From: Nitrospirota bacterium
GTDB taxonomy: Bacteria > Nitrospirota > UBA9217
Length of the DNA: 64,000 nucleotides
Direction of reading: 5' to 3'
Assembly: GCA_963737155.1 (NCBI GenBank)
Contig: CAVTRN010000002.1
Coordinates: forward strand, 2,784,001-2,848,000
Shown: positions 52,066 to 62,867 of the stretch, in pieces
Layout of the letters: each line of letters begins with the position of its first letter
How positions within the stretch are numbered: position 1 is the stretch's first letter
Notes under the pieces: generated by a model
Databases searched by the model: none
The model's input: the letters and a program-made list of their open reading frames with translations, nothing else
What the model was told of the DNA's origin: nothing
Program-made: the position numbers and the translations under genes

Positions 52066-52686
52066 ATGCGTCCATCCAAAGCATATCGATCCGCAGCCCT
52101 CTGGCTTGGCTTCCTTCTACTCCTTTATTCCTGCTCACCCCTCTCGCGAAGACAGCCGGAGGAACGGGAAGCAAGGAATAGTAATGAAACAACGAAACAG
52201 GCCAAGGAGCAATCTGCACTCGGCAACAATGAAACAGCAAAACAAGCCCAGGAGCAATTTGCGCTCGGCAGGTACAAAAATGCACTTGACATATATTCCT
52301 CCGCCTATGACAAGCACCACGATGCCGATCTTCGCCGCGGTTATGCTCGGCTGGGCGAACAGACCAAGGCTGCTGCTGACGTACTGTTTCAGGCGGGAAA
52401 TTTCGGGGAAGCCGGGATTATTTACAGAAATCTGTTCGATAGCGATATCACAACCAGGGACTTCGCACGGGAACTTTCGTTCAATGACGTAGACCTTATC
52501 AAAAAAATGGAGGCATGTTCCAAGTCGCTTATGGAGATCGGTCTCATGAGGTACCGCGAGGAAAAGCTCGAGGAAGCAATAGCAGTTTGGAGAAAGGTGC
52601 TCGTCTTCGACGCTGAAAACAAAAATGTTAGAAACGCCATCGATACCGCAACCCTGCAGCTGCAACAACTTAAGACGCTGAGATGA
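52066..52686 (+). CDS. TPR lipoprotein with a 15-aa internal duplication
   Basis: Lipobox LYSC; NETTKQAKEQSALGN / NETAKQAQEQFALGR; AIAVWRKVL. Confidence 0.75.
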   Translation: MRPSKAYRSAALWLGFLLLLYSCSPLSRRQPEEREARNSNETTKQAKEQSALGNNETAKQAQEQFALGRYKNALDIYSSAYDKHHDADLRRGYARLGEQTKAAADVLFQAGNFGEAGIIYRNLFDSDITTRDFARELSFNDVDLIKKMEACSKSLMEIGLMRYREEKLEEAIAVWRKVLVFDAENKNVRNAIDTATLQLQQLKTLR

Positions 52687-52739
52687 AGGTATCGGGAACA
52701 GCCGGCGCAGAACTGCTATTCCGCACCTGAATTTTGCTT

Positions 52740-52871
52740 CTTTCTATTAAAACGAACCTGCCCCCTTCCCCATGCTGACCCGATCCGGTCATGAAGAAGT
52801 CCTTAAGGATTATAGCCTTGTCCTTATCCGCCAGCCTGCGTAACCTACGCTGAATCTCCTTCACTCCCATG
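52740..52871 (-). pseudogene. N-terminal fragment of an AlkD-like DNA alkylation repair protein
   Basis: LRRLADKDKAIILKDFFMTGSGQHGEGGRF, then homology is lost. Confidence 0.55.
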
Positions 52872-52899
52872 ATCGCTCCGGAATCGACGTCTGGCAGCA

Positions 52900-53619
52900 T
52901 TACGTCTCTGCCTTTTCTGTCCCACCCATCTTTTCCGAAATTGCCAGATAATCGATAAATGACTTTAACTGCGCGGTCCCTGCTTCCGTAAGATACAAAA
53001 ACTCTACACCAATATCGTAGTATGCCTCACCTTCCTCTTCAATCGTGCGAATTGAGGCAACTCGTCCATTGAAATGCACAAAGTTATCGTCATGGAGTGC
53101 AAGCCCCATGGGGATGACGCTTTGCAAGTCAAGGCTCACATCGGTCTGGATGCGGATGCCGCAAAGGCTTATTTCCTTCACCTTGAACTGGGCAGGGTAA
53201 TTCAATATCTTCTCGCCAGGCATATGAATTTGGAACCGGATATCACTCCTGCGGTCGGAATCGGAAAGCACGGTCTCTTTTTTAATATGCTCAATTGATT
53301 TTAATAAGTCCGCTATCTGACTCGATGAGTCCTCCTTGAATCTCATCCCAGCCGAATAGATCATGGCCCGTTCGCCGTTGACTTTTTCCTCAATCCCGCT
53401 TAATTCTGACCGTACCACGATGCACTTCAGATCGAAGCTTTTTGCCTTGTCTCCCAGCTTGAGTAGATATTCCCTGCCCGGGTTAAGCCGACGATCAACC
53501 CGCAGGGCCACTCCTCCAAGGCTGATATCGATGATTTCCACTTTATCAGCCAGGCTCATTTTCCCGTTTACCTCCATCACTTCCAGCTTGTATCTCTTAT
53601 GCCGCCTATTGTCCTGCAT
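52900..53619 (-). CDS. tandem PilZ domain protein
   Basis: RRHKR...DISLGG; RRSDIR...EISLCG; YDIGVEF. Confidence 0.88.
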   Translation of the reverse strand: MQDNRRHKRYKLEVMEVNGKMSLADKVEIIDISLGGVALRVDRRLNPGREYLLKLGDKAKSFDLKCIVVRSELSGIEEKVNGERAMIYSAGMRFKEDSSSQIADLLKSIEHIKKETVLSDSDRRSDIRFQIHMPGEKILNYPAQFKVKEISLCGIRIQTDVSLDLQSVIPMGLALHDDNFVHFNGRVASIRTIEEEGEAYYDIGVEFLYLTEAGTAQLKSFIDYLAISEKMGGTEKAET

Positions 53620-53887
53620 GTCGGGAACTCCTCCAAATACATGTATATATCCTTAGATACGCTAGCCCCAAGTTGATTATGCTGTCATGCAATCGCGTAG
53701 TAGTGCGCACTCCCAACTTATGGTGCTTTATCCATACAAATTATAACTCTCTGTTTTTTTATCAAAAATCCCTTTGGAATGATCAGACAAATTTTAATTT
53801 AATAAGGCAAAGGTCGCATACATCGATATCAAGGGCAATAAAGTAGATCTACGGGCCCTCTATTGCGACAAATTCTCTTTCTGTCGG

Positions 53888-54364
53888 TTACCTGCCGCAG
53901 TTCCCCACGATCAGGCTACGCAGCTTCGACAAAAAACCAGCTACCTCTTCGCCTCCCTCCGGCGGCGACCATACTGCGAACTCCGAGGCCGATTGCGGAT
54001 CATAGGGACCTTCCTTTATTTCGAGAAAAATCGAATCATCAGCCATGGGTACCCAAGCATGCCAGACATCAGGGGGCATCTCAAAACCGCTGTTCTCCAA
54101 ATCTGGCCCCAGAGAAATCCTTGCCATTACTACCGCCTGATCATCGAATATAAGTAAGTCGAATTTACCGCGGAGAACAACGGCGAGTTCAAATCTTGAT
54201 CTATGCCGGTGCGGCCTGAAATAGGAACCAATTTTTGATGCAACAAGATATCGCTGAATTCTATCCTGGCTGGATTCATGGATGTTAAAATTTGACCGTT
54301 TTCTGGCCGATGAACCTGCCTTTGCTAAAAGATCGTCGAACAGGATTGCGTTTATAATCTTCAT
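53888..54364 (-). CDS. WbuC-family cupin metalloprotein
   Basis: RKRSNFNIH; YFRPHRH; WHA; EIKEGPY; WSPPE. Confidence 0.88.
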   Translation of the reverse strand: MKIINAILFDDLLAKAGSSARKRSNFNIHESSQDRIQRYLVASKIGSYFRPHRHRSRFELAVVLRGKFDLLIFDDQAVVMARISLGPDLENSGFEMPPDVWHAWVPMADDSIFLEIKEGPYDPQSASEFAVWSPPEGGEEVAGFLSKLRSLIVGNCGR

Positions 54365-54917
54365 GTTTATCGATACCACGAAGTTCCCGCCGGCTGGAAT
54401 ATGCATCCAAAGCGCTTTCCCGTGCGAGTATATTGGCTGCTCAGAAGTTTGTCAAGTCGATTAACTGAACCTGTTGTCCCAAAGCAGAAATGTCCTATTT
54501 TTACCAAAGTTGAATTGTCCGGTTTTGTGATACTGCCTTACGTGGACTTCATGCTTTAGCCATTGCCCTTGCTGGAGACTTCCACGGATGCGTCACTGGC
54601 TGCTGACGCTCCCTTATATCCTCGATTTCTTTGCCGACATCTCTCCCTTCACGGGGCGATCATCGATTTTCTTATAATTTAATCGTTGTCCCTCATGGAG
54701 TATATGCATGCTGCTCTCAGTTCTTTCTCCGCCTCACTCAGAATGATCTGGAAGAGCGCCAAATGGCGCTTCCAGATCATTTGAGTTTTTTGGCTCCTGC
54801 TAAAGTTTGCGCTACATATAAAAACCGCTAACCTTAGATTTGCTTTTCGTCCTTGAGCAGAGCGGGAAAATCTTCCTATTTACAAAGAACTTGAAGATGA
54901 TCGCTTCAAATGAGATG

Positions 54918-55721
54918 TTACTTCAATATTTCGACGAAAAAGGTCTTCATGGCCTGCCACGACTCTTTGTCGGCTTTTTCGTTGTACGCAATCGGAAGTT
55001 TAAATTTTTCCCCAAGAGCGGTTGCACGCGGATTCGAGAAGGCGTGGGTGGCGCCGGGATAAACAATCACCCGATAATCGGCATCGGCGGCTGTCATCTC
55101 CTTTTTAAACAATTCAACTTTATCTGGCGTAATGAAGGTGTCAGCGCCTCCCTGCAGGACAAGAATCTTTGCCTTGATTCCGCCGGGGCTGGCCGGTTTA
55201 ACTGCCCCCAGGTTGCCATGGAAGCTTACTACTCCTTTCAGGTCCGCTCCCTGGCGGGCCATGTTCAGGATGACGCCTCCGCCGAAACAGAAGCCGATCG
55301 CCGCGATTCTGGTATCATCAACGGTCGGCTGCCTCTTGAGAAAACCCTCGGCAGCATCAAACCGCGCTTGTGCAATATCAAAGTTTTTCATGATTTCCGA
55401 CGACATGGCTGACGCTTCCGTAGGATTGGACGCTTGCTTTCCTTCGCCGTACATATCGGCGGCAAGGGCCGTATACCCTAGCTCGGCCAGCATCCGTGCC
55501 CGTTTCCGACCATAGTCAGTCAGGCCCCACCACTCATCGACTACTATAATACCGGGTCCCTTGCTTTTCATACTGTTGCTGTAAGCAAGGTAGCCCTTCA
55601 TGACCGTGCCGGCGACGTTGTACTTTACGGTCTTCCCGATTATTTTTGCATGAGATATCGCCTGGCCGATGCACAGGACAAACGCCACGATGCCTACTAA
55701 AACAAGGGAAAATTTCTTCAT
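54918..55721 (-). CDS. dienelactone hydrolase family protein, secreted
   Basis: EWWGL; GFCFGG; SFHG; YPGATHAF; RBS GGAGG. Confidence 0.92.
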   Translation of the reverse strand: MKKFSLVLVGIVAFVLCIGQAISHAKIIGKTVKYNVAGTVMKGYLAYSNSMKSKGPGIIVVDEWWGLTDYGRKRARMLAELGYTALAADMYGEGKQASNPTEASAMSSEIMKNFDIAQARFDAAEGFLKRQPTVDDTRIAAIGFCFGGGVILNMARQGADLKGVVSFHGNLGAVKPASPGGIKAKILVLQGGADTFITPDKVELFKKEMTAADADYRVIVYPGATHAFSNPRATALGEKFKLPIAYNEKADKESWQAMKTFFVEILK

Positions 55722-55898
55722 ATTATCCTCCTTTAAGTCGCTATCGTAAAACTTATACATAGCAAACCGATCGTCTCGTTTCACTCGGTCATCTGTTCCA
55801 GTCGGCATGAGATGCCAGCTCGAACTCGAGACCATCCTGTATCAACAGGATACCTTTCAATTGTACCAGAAGAAGGGAGAAAAAATCGACTGGCAGGA

Positions 55899-56366
55899 TT
55901 AGCGGTTTCGCTCTTTTACCGTACGCTCCACTTCCCGTTTCGATTCCTTTTCCTTGATTGTGTCGCGCTTGTCAAAGGATTTCTTGCCCTTGGCGAGTCC
56001 GATCAGCACTTTGGCCTTGCCTCGAATAAAATAGATCTTGAGCGGAATGAGCGTATAGCCTTTTAAGGTCATCTTACCGATAAGCTTCTGTATCTCCTTG
56101 GCATGAAGTAGGAGTTTACGTGTTCGGAGCGGATCATGATTCATGATGTTACCGTGGGGATAAGGGCTTATGTTTGCATTCAGCAGGAAAATCTCATCCT
56201 TTTTCACGATGGCGTAGCTGTCTGTAAGGTTGGCGAGACCCAAGCGGAGGGATTTCACCTCTGTGCCATGAAGCACGATCCCCGCCTCAAGCGTCTCCTC
56301 GATGAAGTAGTCGTGGTGTGCCTTACGGTTGGTGGTAACCGTGGTATCAGTCTTTTTGTTTTCCAT
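55899..56366 (-). CDS. smpB: SsrA-binding protein
   Basis: NRKAHHDY; [14 protein letters not shown]; RKLLLH; GKK..DKR. Confidence 0.97.
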   Translation of the reverse strand: MENKKTDTTVTTNRKAHHDYFIEETLEAGIVLHGTEVKSLRLGLANLTDSYAIVKKDEIFLLNANISPYPHGNIMNHDPLRTRKLLLHAKEIQKLIGKMTLKGYTLIPLKIYFIRGKAKVLIGLAKGKKSFDKRDTIKEKESKREVERTVKERNR

Positions 56367-56517
56367 ACATGCAATTCCGTATTTCTATTGTAACGAAAAA
56401 CCCTTAAACTGCAACACCTTTGTTCAGGAGGCGGAGCGATCGAAAAGCAACAAGGAAATGAGAAAGTTTTTTATAAACAACCCAGATTTCAGGGTGTCAT
56501 ATCATCATGCAGGCTTC

Positions 56518-58692
56518 TTACATCAAATTCACCGGATCGACATCAATAATAACTTTGCACTTTCTGCCATATTTCTCCTCGATAATGTTCCTACCCTCGG
56601 TGGTAAGCGTTCTGATCACTTCCCTTCTAGTCGAGAGCAATATCATCTGGAACCGGTACTGGCCGCGAACCCGGGACACTGGGGCAGGCGCAGGGCCAAG
56701 CAGCACGGGATCCTTTCCTCGTATCAGGCTGCGGATATGGTTCTGGGCTGCCTTGGCGGCCTGTGCGGCCAACTCCGCGTCAGGACATCTAATCTCGATC
56801 TTGATCATGCGTGCGACGGGAGGGTAACCGAGCTGGGTACGAAACACGATCTCTTCGTTATAAAACCCGTCATAATCATGTGTGGTGCTGTGCCGTATCG
56901 AGTAATGATTCGCGTTCATCGTCTGGATTACCACCTCTCCGGAGACATCCCCCCTGCCAGCCCTGCCCGCGGCCTGGGTGATGATCTGGAAAGTTTTTTC
57001 TGCGGATCGGAAATCCGGCAGGTTGAGCCCCACGTCGGCATCCACCACGCCCACCAGCGTCACTGCCGGAAAGTCATGCCCTTTCGCGATCATCTGGGTA
57101 CCTAGTAGGATGTCCACTTCGCGACGGTCAACCTGTTGCAAAAGCTTTTCATAGGCGTCTCTCCCTCTGACCGAGTCGCTGTCCATGCGTTTCAGCCGCG
57201 CGCTGGGAAAAAGTGCCTGCAGTTCCTCTTCAATCTTCTGGGTGCCATAGCCAAGCAGCTTGAGTTCGATGCCTGAGCACGACGGGCAGGAGGACGGCGG
57301 TGTCATAAGAAACCCGCAGTAGTGGCACTTGAGTTTTTGTTCTGTTTTGTGAAAGGTGAGAGACACACTGCATCTCGGGCACTTCACAGCAACTCCACAG
57401 CTCCCGCAGATAAGCACCGATGAGAAGCCCCGCCGGTTTAACAACAGGAGTGTTTGCTCGCCCTTCTCGAGCCTCAGTCGAATGTCATCTATAAGTCGCG
57501 GGGAATAAAGGGTATGTTTCGGAAGGGTCTTGACGTCGACAATCAGCACCTCGGGCATGGGGCGGTGGTCAACGCGGTTCGCAAGGCGCAGATAGAGGTA
57601 CTTTCCGGACTTTGCATTGTAGTAGCTCTCGAGCGATGGCGTGGCCGAACCGAGCAGGGCCACAGCGTTCTGGAATTTAGCTCGCATGATCGCCACATCA
57701 CGAGCATGATAGCGAAGCCCTTCGTCCTGTTTGTAGGAGTTTTCGTGCTCTTCATCAACAACGATAAGACCCAGGTTTGCAAAGGGAGCGAAGACCGCAG
57801 ATCGAGCGCCTATGGCTACATCCACACGGCCAGACTGGATCCGGCGGTACTCGTCGGCTCGTTCGCGGTCCGTCAGCCCGCTGTGCAACACCGCAACGCG
57901 TCCACCGAAACGTTTTTTGAATCTGCGCAGCAACTGCGGTGTGAGCGCTATTTCGGGCACCAGAACAATGGCACCTTTTCCAGCGGCTGCAAGCCCGTTG
58001 ATGGAATGCAGATAGACTTCGGTCTTTCCGCTACCAGTCACGCCGTGCAGCAGTAACACGCCGAAGGTCTGCGCCGCGACCTGTTCGCTAATGCGTTTCA
58101 CGGCCTCAGCCTGCTCAGGCATAAGATGAGGCGGCACGCTCGGGACAAACGGTTCCCTTTCGATTTCCCCGCCAATGTCCTTTTCAATTATTTCCACCAT
58201 CCCAGCCGTGTACAGGGCTTTGATGGTGCCAGTGGAAAATGTCTTTAACTCCTCCATGCCAATTTCTTCGCGTTCGCATAAAAGCAGCAGAAGCTCCGCC
58301 TGTTTCGGTCCCCGCAGTAATTTCACGTCATGGTCGCCCAAGGCAAGCCGCAGAAATCTTCTTCGCTTTTGTTTTGCGCGGGACAAGGCCTTCGGCACAA
58401 TGGCATCAAGGGTCGGGCCCAGCGGGAACAGATAGTAGTCGGAAATCCATCGCGCGAGTCGAACAAGGTCGGGCGCAAGCGGCTGGCCGGAAACTTCGAT
58501 TATCGATTTGAGCCCGGAAACCCCTGCCTTTGCAGGGAATCCGACGACCGTTCCGGCTATACGACGGTTCCCGAACGGCACCAACACGCGCGAGCCCTCC
58601 ACGAGTTGCCCCTGCATCCCCTCGGGGATGCGATAATGGAATGTTTTATCGACGGAAACGCCGACAGCTATATCAGCAACTTGTTCTGGCAT
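56518..58692 (-). CDS. priA: primosomal protein N'
   Basis: GVTGSGKTEVY; DEEHE; LNRRG; Cys zinc motifs; QAAGRAGR. Confidence 0.97.
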   Translation of the reverse strand: MPEQVADIAVGVSVDKTFHYRIPEGMQGQLVEGSRVLVPFGNRRIAGTVVGFPAKAGVSGLKSIIEVSGQPLAPDLVRLARWISDYYLFPLGPTLDAIVPKALSRAKQKRRRFLRLALGDHDVKLLRGPKQAELLLLLCEREEIGMEELKTFSTGTIKALYTAGMVEIIEKDIGGEIEREPFVPSVPPHLMPEQAEAVKRISEQVAAQTFGVLLLHGVTGSGKTEVYLHSINGLAAAGKGAIVLVPEIALTPQLLRRFKKRFGGRVAVLHSGLTDRERADEYRRIQSGRVDVAIGARSAVFAPFANLGLIVVDEEHENSYKQDEGLRYHARDVAIMRAKFQNAVALLGSATPSLESYYNAKSGKYLYLRLANRVDHRPMPEVLIVDVKTLPKHTLYSPRLIDDIRLRLEKGEQTLLLLNRRGFSSVLICGSCGVAVKCPRCSVSLTFHKTEQKLKCHYCGFLMTPPSSCPSCSGIELKLLGYGTQKIEEELQALFPSARLKRMDSDSVRGRDAYEKLLQQVDRREVDILLGTQMIAKGHDFPAVTLVGVVDADVGLNLPDFRSAEKTFQIITQAAGRAGRGDVSGEVVIQTMNANHYSIRHSTTHDYDGFYNEEIVFRTQLGYPPVARMIKIEIRCPDAELAAQAAKAAQNHIRSLIRGKDPVLLGPAPAPVSRVRGQYRFQMILLSTRREVIRTLTTEGRNIIEEKYGRKCKVIIDVDPVNLM

Positions 58693-58814
58693 GGGGATTG
58701 GTCACGCGGGTAAACAGGCAAGGATCAAGTTATGTCAAAAACAGAGATCAAGGGAAAAAACCGCTGCATTCCAACTATCAATTAGTACGATCGATCTATC
58801 GCTGGAAGCATTAA

Positions 58815-59285
58815 TCAGGACGACTTTATTTCCTTATTGCCCAGAATGTCTTTGAGCTCGGTCATGAACTCGCTGATGTCCTTAAAGGAGCGGTAGACTG
58901 AGGCGAACCGTACATAGGCGACCTCGTCCAACTTATGCAACCGGTCCATTACTTCCTCGCCAATGACTGTACTGGGGATTTCCTTTAGCCCCTTCTCTTG
59001 GAGGTCCTTTTCGATTTCCTCGACGGCCCTTTCGAGCATTTCCAGACTGATGGGACGCTTTTCGCAGGCTTTCTTGAGTCCGTTCAGAATCTTCATCCGG
59101 TCGAAGGGCTCGCGCCGCCCATCCTTCTTGATAACGAGCGGCAAAACTTCCTCGACGCGCTCATGAGTTGTGAATCGTCCTTGGCACTTGAGACACTCAC
59201 GTCTCCGACGGATGGACTCGCCTTCCTTTCCCATTCGGGAGTCAACAACCTTATTATCGAGGCTTGTACAGTAAGGACAGCGCAT
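58815..59285 (-). CDS. nrdR: transcriptional repressor NrdR
   Basis: MRCPYC; RRRREC; ATP cone; [10 protein letters not shown]. Confidence 0.97.
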   Translation of the reverse strand: MRCPYCTSLDNKVVDSRMGKEGESIRRRRECLKCQGRFTTHERVEEVLPLVIKKDGRREPFDRMKILNGLKKACEKRPISLEMLERAVEEIEKDLQEKGLKEIPSTVIGEEVMDRLHKLDEVAYVRFASVYRSFKDISEFMTELKDILGNKEIKSS

Positions 59286-59380
59286 AGGACCAGTTCAAAG
59301 TTCAGGGTTCAGAGTTAGTCACACGCGGGAAAATAGACGGAATGCAAAGTCGCTACCGGCCGCGAAACATGTTTCATAAA

Positions 59381-59839
59381 TCACTTCTTATATTGTGTTA
59401 CTTTGATGCCCGATTCCTCCAGCATCTCCGCCGCCAGGGGGTCGGGATAGCCGTCTTCGAATATAATGTGCTTCACGCCCGCGTTGATGATCATCTTGGC
59501 GCAGATGCCGCATGGCTGATTCGTGCAATAGAGCGTCGCGCCGTCAATATTCGTTCCATGCTTGGCAGCCTGGATAATCGCATTTTGCTCGGCATGGAGA
59601 CCTCGGCAGATTTCGTGCCGCTCCCCGGAAGGGATTCCCCGTTGTTCGCGGAGACATCCGCGATCGAGACAATGCTCAATACCCGACGGTGTGCCGTTAT
59701 AGCCCGTGGCAAGAACATTCCTGTCCTTCACGATCACGGCACCAACTTGGCGGCGAAGGCAGGTAGCCCGTTTCTTCACCAAGTGGGCAATTTGCATGAA
59801 ATATTCGTCCCATGAGGGGCGCGTATGCTGGTTTGCCAT
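59381..59839 (-). CDS. dCMP deaminase family (ComEB-like)
   Basis: RPSWDEYFM; TGYNG; HAEQNA; PCGIC. Confidence 0.93.
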   Translation of the reverse strand: MANQHTRPSWDEYFMQIAHLVKKRATCLRRQVGAVIVKDRNVLATGYNGTPSGIEHCLDRGCLREQRGIPSGERHEICRGLHAEQNAIIQAAKHGTNIDGATLYCTNQPCGICAKMIINAGVKHIIFEDGYPDPLAAEMLEESGIKVTQYKK

Positions 59840-60017
59840 AATACACCGTGAAACCGATAACGAAAGATGAGCCCCAATAAAAATAAATATTTTTAAAGAG
59901 GGTCAAGGCCACGCGGCCTTGCTGCATGCATAGAATACCTGAGGGGGTCAATTACCGCGCTGTCTTCATCGCGCAGCGAAGCCCGCTCGTAACGAATTTC
60001 CCGCCGACCTTCGATTC

Positions 60018-61271
60018 TTACACTCCTGCTTTTTCCATCGCGAACATCGGGAACCTGGCACAGAACGTCTTGGTCCGCTCCATGATCGTGGCGAGTTTTT
60101 CCGGAGAATGACCGTTTGCAAGCGTCTCGCAGATGAGATCGCCGATGACCTTCATCTCCGGTTCGCGCATTCCACGCGTGGTCACGATGGGCGTTCCGAG
60201 GCGAATGCCGCTCGTTGTCACCGGCGGTTTCTGATCGTAGGGGATGCTGTTCTTGTTGCAAGTGATGCCAGCCGCGTCAAGCGCCGCTTCGGCGTCTTTG
60301 CCCGTAATATTTTTGGGCGTCAAGTCCACGAGCATGAGGTGATTTTCCGTCCCCCCCGAGACGATACGGAAACCATCTTCAGTAAGGCGTTGCGCAAGAG
60401 CTTTCGCGTTCTTCTTCACCTGCTGCTGGTAGTCCTTGAAACCGGGCATGAGCGCCTCCTTAAAGGAAACCGCCTTGGCCGCGATAACATGCACAAGCGG
60501 TCCGCCTTGGATGCCTGGGAAAATGATCTTGTCCACCGCCTTTGCGAATTGTTCCCTACACATGATCATTCCACCGCGCGGGCCGCGTAGGGTCTTGTGG
60601 GTGGTCGTGGTAACAAAGTCTGCGTAGGGCAACGGGCTCGGATGTTCGCCCACCGCCACGAGACCGGCGATGTGCGCTATGTCGGCCATCAGGTAGGCGC
60701 CCACTTTATCCGCGATCTTGCGGAACCGCTCAAAGTCGAGGATTCGAGAATAGGCACTGTAGCCGCACACAATTAACTTTGGCTTGTGCTGCACCGCCAG
60801 ACGCTCCACCTCGTCGTAGTCAAGCAGCTCCGTTGTCCTGTCCACGCCGTAGGAAAATGACTTATAGAGCATGCCCGAAAAGCTCACGCTAGCACCGTGG
60901 GTCAGATGCCCCCCATGGGGGAGGCTCATGCCCAGGATCGTGTCGCCGGGTTTGAGCACGCTGAAATAGACAGCCATATTTGCCGTCGAACCGGAATGGG
61001 GCTGCACGTTTACGTGTTCGGCGCCGAAGATCTGTTTTGCCCGGTCGATTGCCAGCGACTCCACCTGGTCGGCGAACTCACACCCGCCATAGTAACGGCG
61101 GTTCGGGTAGCCTTCAGCATACTTGTTCGTGAATACCGACCCCTGCGCCTCGAGCACGCCCGGGCTTACGTAATTCTCCGACGCGACAAGGACGATCTTG
61201 CTCAGCTCGCGCTCCTCTTCGCCTTTGATCGCGTTATACACTTCGGGATCTATCTGTTTCAGTTCTGACAT
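60018..61271 (-). CDS. glyA: serine hydroxymethyltransferase
   Basis: ASENY; NKYAEGYP; [13 protein letters not shown]; SGIRLGT. Confidence 0.98.
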   Translation of the reverse strand: MSELKQIDPEVYNAIKGEEERELSKIVLVASENYVSPGVLEAQGSVFTNKYAEGYPNRRYYGGCEFADQVESLAIDRAKQIFGAEHVNVQPHSGSTANMAVYFSVLKPGDTILGMSLPHGGHLTHGASVSFSGMLYKSFSYGVDRTTELLDYDEVERLAVQHKPKLIVCGYSAYSRILDFERFRKIADKVGAYLMADIAHIAGLVAVGEHPSPLPYADFVTTTTHKTLRGPRGGMIMCREQFAKAVDKIIFPGIQGGPLVHVIAAKAVSFKEALMPGFKDYQQQVKKNAKALAQRLTEDGFRIVSGGTENHLMLVDLTPKNITGKDAEAALDAAGITCNKNSIPYDQKPPVTTSGIRLGTPIVTTRGMREPEMKVIGDLICETLANGHSPEKLATIMERTKTFCARFPMFAMEKAGV

Positions 61272-61434
61272 GCCGTTGTCCTTTTAACCCTGGGAAGGAC
61301 TGCAGCCACAGAGGAGCATGGATGCAGCTTGATTGCATGCACGTGAATTTTTCAGGCTGCTGGCGCAATCTCCGTAACTTTGGCCGTGCAATGAAAAACC
61401 ATGTGAGTGAAGCTCTCGTGGTCCCTCTACATTT

Positions 61435-61887
61435 TTACAGTTTTATGGATTGTTCGATCACCTGTATCTTGTCAAGCCGCTTCTGGTGCCGACCGCCGGC
61501 AAATTCCGTTTCAAGCCAAGTTTTTACGATATCAAGAGCAACGCCCTTCCCGATCACCCGCTCACCCATGACTAGGATGTTGGCGTCGTTATGTTCCCGG
61601 CTCATCTGCGCAGTAAAATGATCATGACAGAGCGCGGCGCGAACCTTCGGATACCGGTTGGCCACGATGGACATGCCGATGCCCGTGCCGCAGATCAGGA
61701 TGCCGCGGTCCACCATCCCGTTCGCCACAGCTGCCGAGACTTTTGAACCGAAATCTGGGTAATCGACGGAATCCCTATTCGTGGGCCCGAAATCGGAGAC
61801 TTGGATATTTGCAACAGTCTTGATGAATTCGAGCACTTCTTCCTTCAGTTCAAAGCCGCCGTGATCGCAGCCGATCGCTAACTTCAT
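61435..61887 (-). CDS. rpiB: ribose-5-phosphate isomerase B
   Basis: GCDHGG; CGTGIGMS; HNDAN; GGRH..R. Confidence 0.97.
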   Translation of the reverse strand: MKLAIGCDHGGFELKEEVLEFIKTVANIQVSDFGPTNRDSVDYPDFGSKVSAAVANGMVDRGILICGTGIGMSIVANRYPKVRAALCHDHFTAQMSREHNDANILVMGERVIGKGVALDIVKTWLETEFAGGRHQKRLDKIQVIEQSIKL

Positions 61888-62054
61888 GCAAAACCCGCCT
61901 TTCAAAGAGAAGTTAATATTAACATCTCCGCTGTTTTTGTGTCAAGGAAAATACCCGTTACCCGCTACTGCATATCTGCATCCGGAGACTTTCAGCCTGC
62001 GCGAATCAACGACCAATCACGCGTTCTGAAGAATCGACCTGCAACAAGAAAGTA

Positions 62055-62789
62055 CTAAAAAAATTCGTAGCCAATCATGCTCAACACCGCCACAGCGGCT
62101 GTTTCCGTACGCAGAATGGCCGGCCCGAGACTTACAACATGAAAACCCCGAGACTTAGCCGCCCCCACCTCTCCGGCAGAGAAGCCGCCTTCCGAGCCAA
62201 TGAGGACTATGATCTCCCCGACGGCAGAATTTTGTCTTAAAACATTTTTGATGCGCTCGGTCCCTTCTTCCCAAGGCAGAAGAGATAGCGTCCGGGGACC
62301 GGGGGCTTGGGCCGCGATGAAATCGCCAAACGAAACAATGGGCCCAACAAGCGGGATGTCGGTACGGTTGCTTTGCATGGCAGCTTCCCGTGCAATCTTC
62401 CGCCATCGCGCCAGTCGTTTCTCTTCGTCCTTGACCTTAACAATTGTCCGTTCCGTCATAAGTGGAATTACAGTCGCAACGCCAAGTTCCGTGGCTTTCT
62501 GCACAATAAAATCCATTTTATCAGATTTCGGCAGTCCCTGGCCCAGCGTAACGCGGGGATGACTGAGCTCATTCTTTGTCTGCGTCAAAATTTCCGTCTT
62601 GACTTCCGTCTTGCTGAGTGCGGCTATCTTAGTCCTATATTCGGTTCCTTGCCCGTCGCACAGGAGCATTTCATCGCCGGCCTTCATTCGCAGGACCTTC
62701 ACAATATGTTGAACATCTTCTTCGGCAATCATGATGTTCATGCCGCTGATTCGATCAGATGATATGAAAAAACGCGGTGGTCGTGGCAT
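62055..62789 (-). CDS. rsmE: 16S rRNA m3U1498 methyltransferase
   Basis: HIVKVLR; QKATELGV; IGSEGGF; LGPAILRTETA. Confidence 0.95.
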   Translation of the reverse strand: MPRPPRFFISSDRISGMNIMIAEEDVQHIVKVLRMKAGDEMLLCDGQGTEYRTKIAALSKTEVKTEILTQTKNELSHPRVTLGQGLPKSDKMDFIVQKATELGVATVIPLMTERTIVKVKDEEKRLARWRKIAREAAMQSNRTDIPLVGPIVSFGDFIAAQAPGPRTLSLLPWEEGTERIKNVLRQNSAVGEIIVLIGSEGGFSAGEVGAAKSRGFHVVSLGPAILRTETAAVAVLSMIGYEFF

Positions 62790-62867
62790 ATAGACTTAAG
62801 TTACAAGTTCAGAGTTTAAAGATAAGGCAAGACATCTTACTCCGCGTCCAATGCGGAAAAAATATTA

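Noticed and set aside
55722-56517. tmRNA next to smpB
   Set aside because: No tRNA-like ends or tag ORF seen
61272-61434. ZTP or glycine riboswitch upstream of glyA
   Set aside because: Consensus motifs not found
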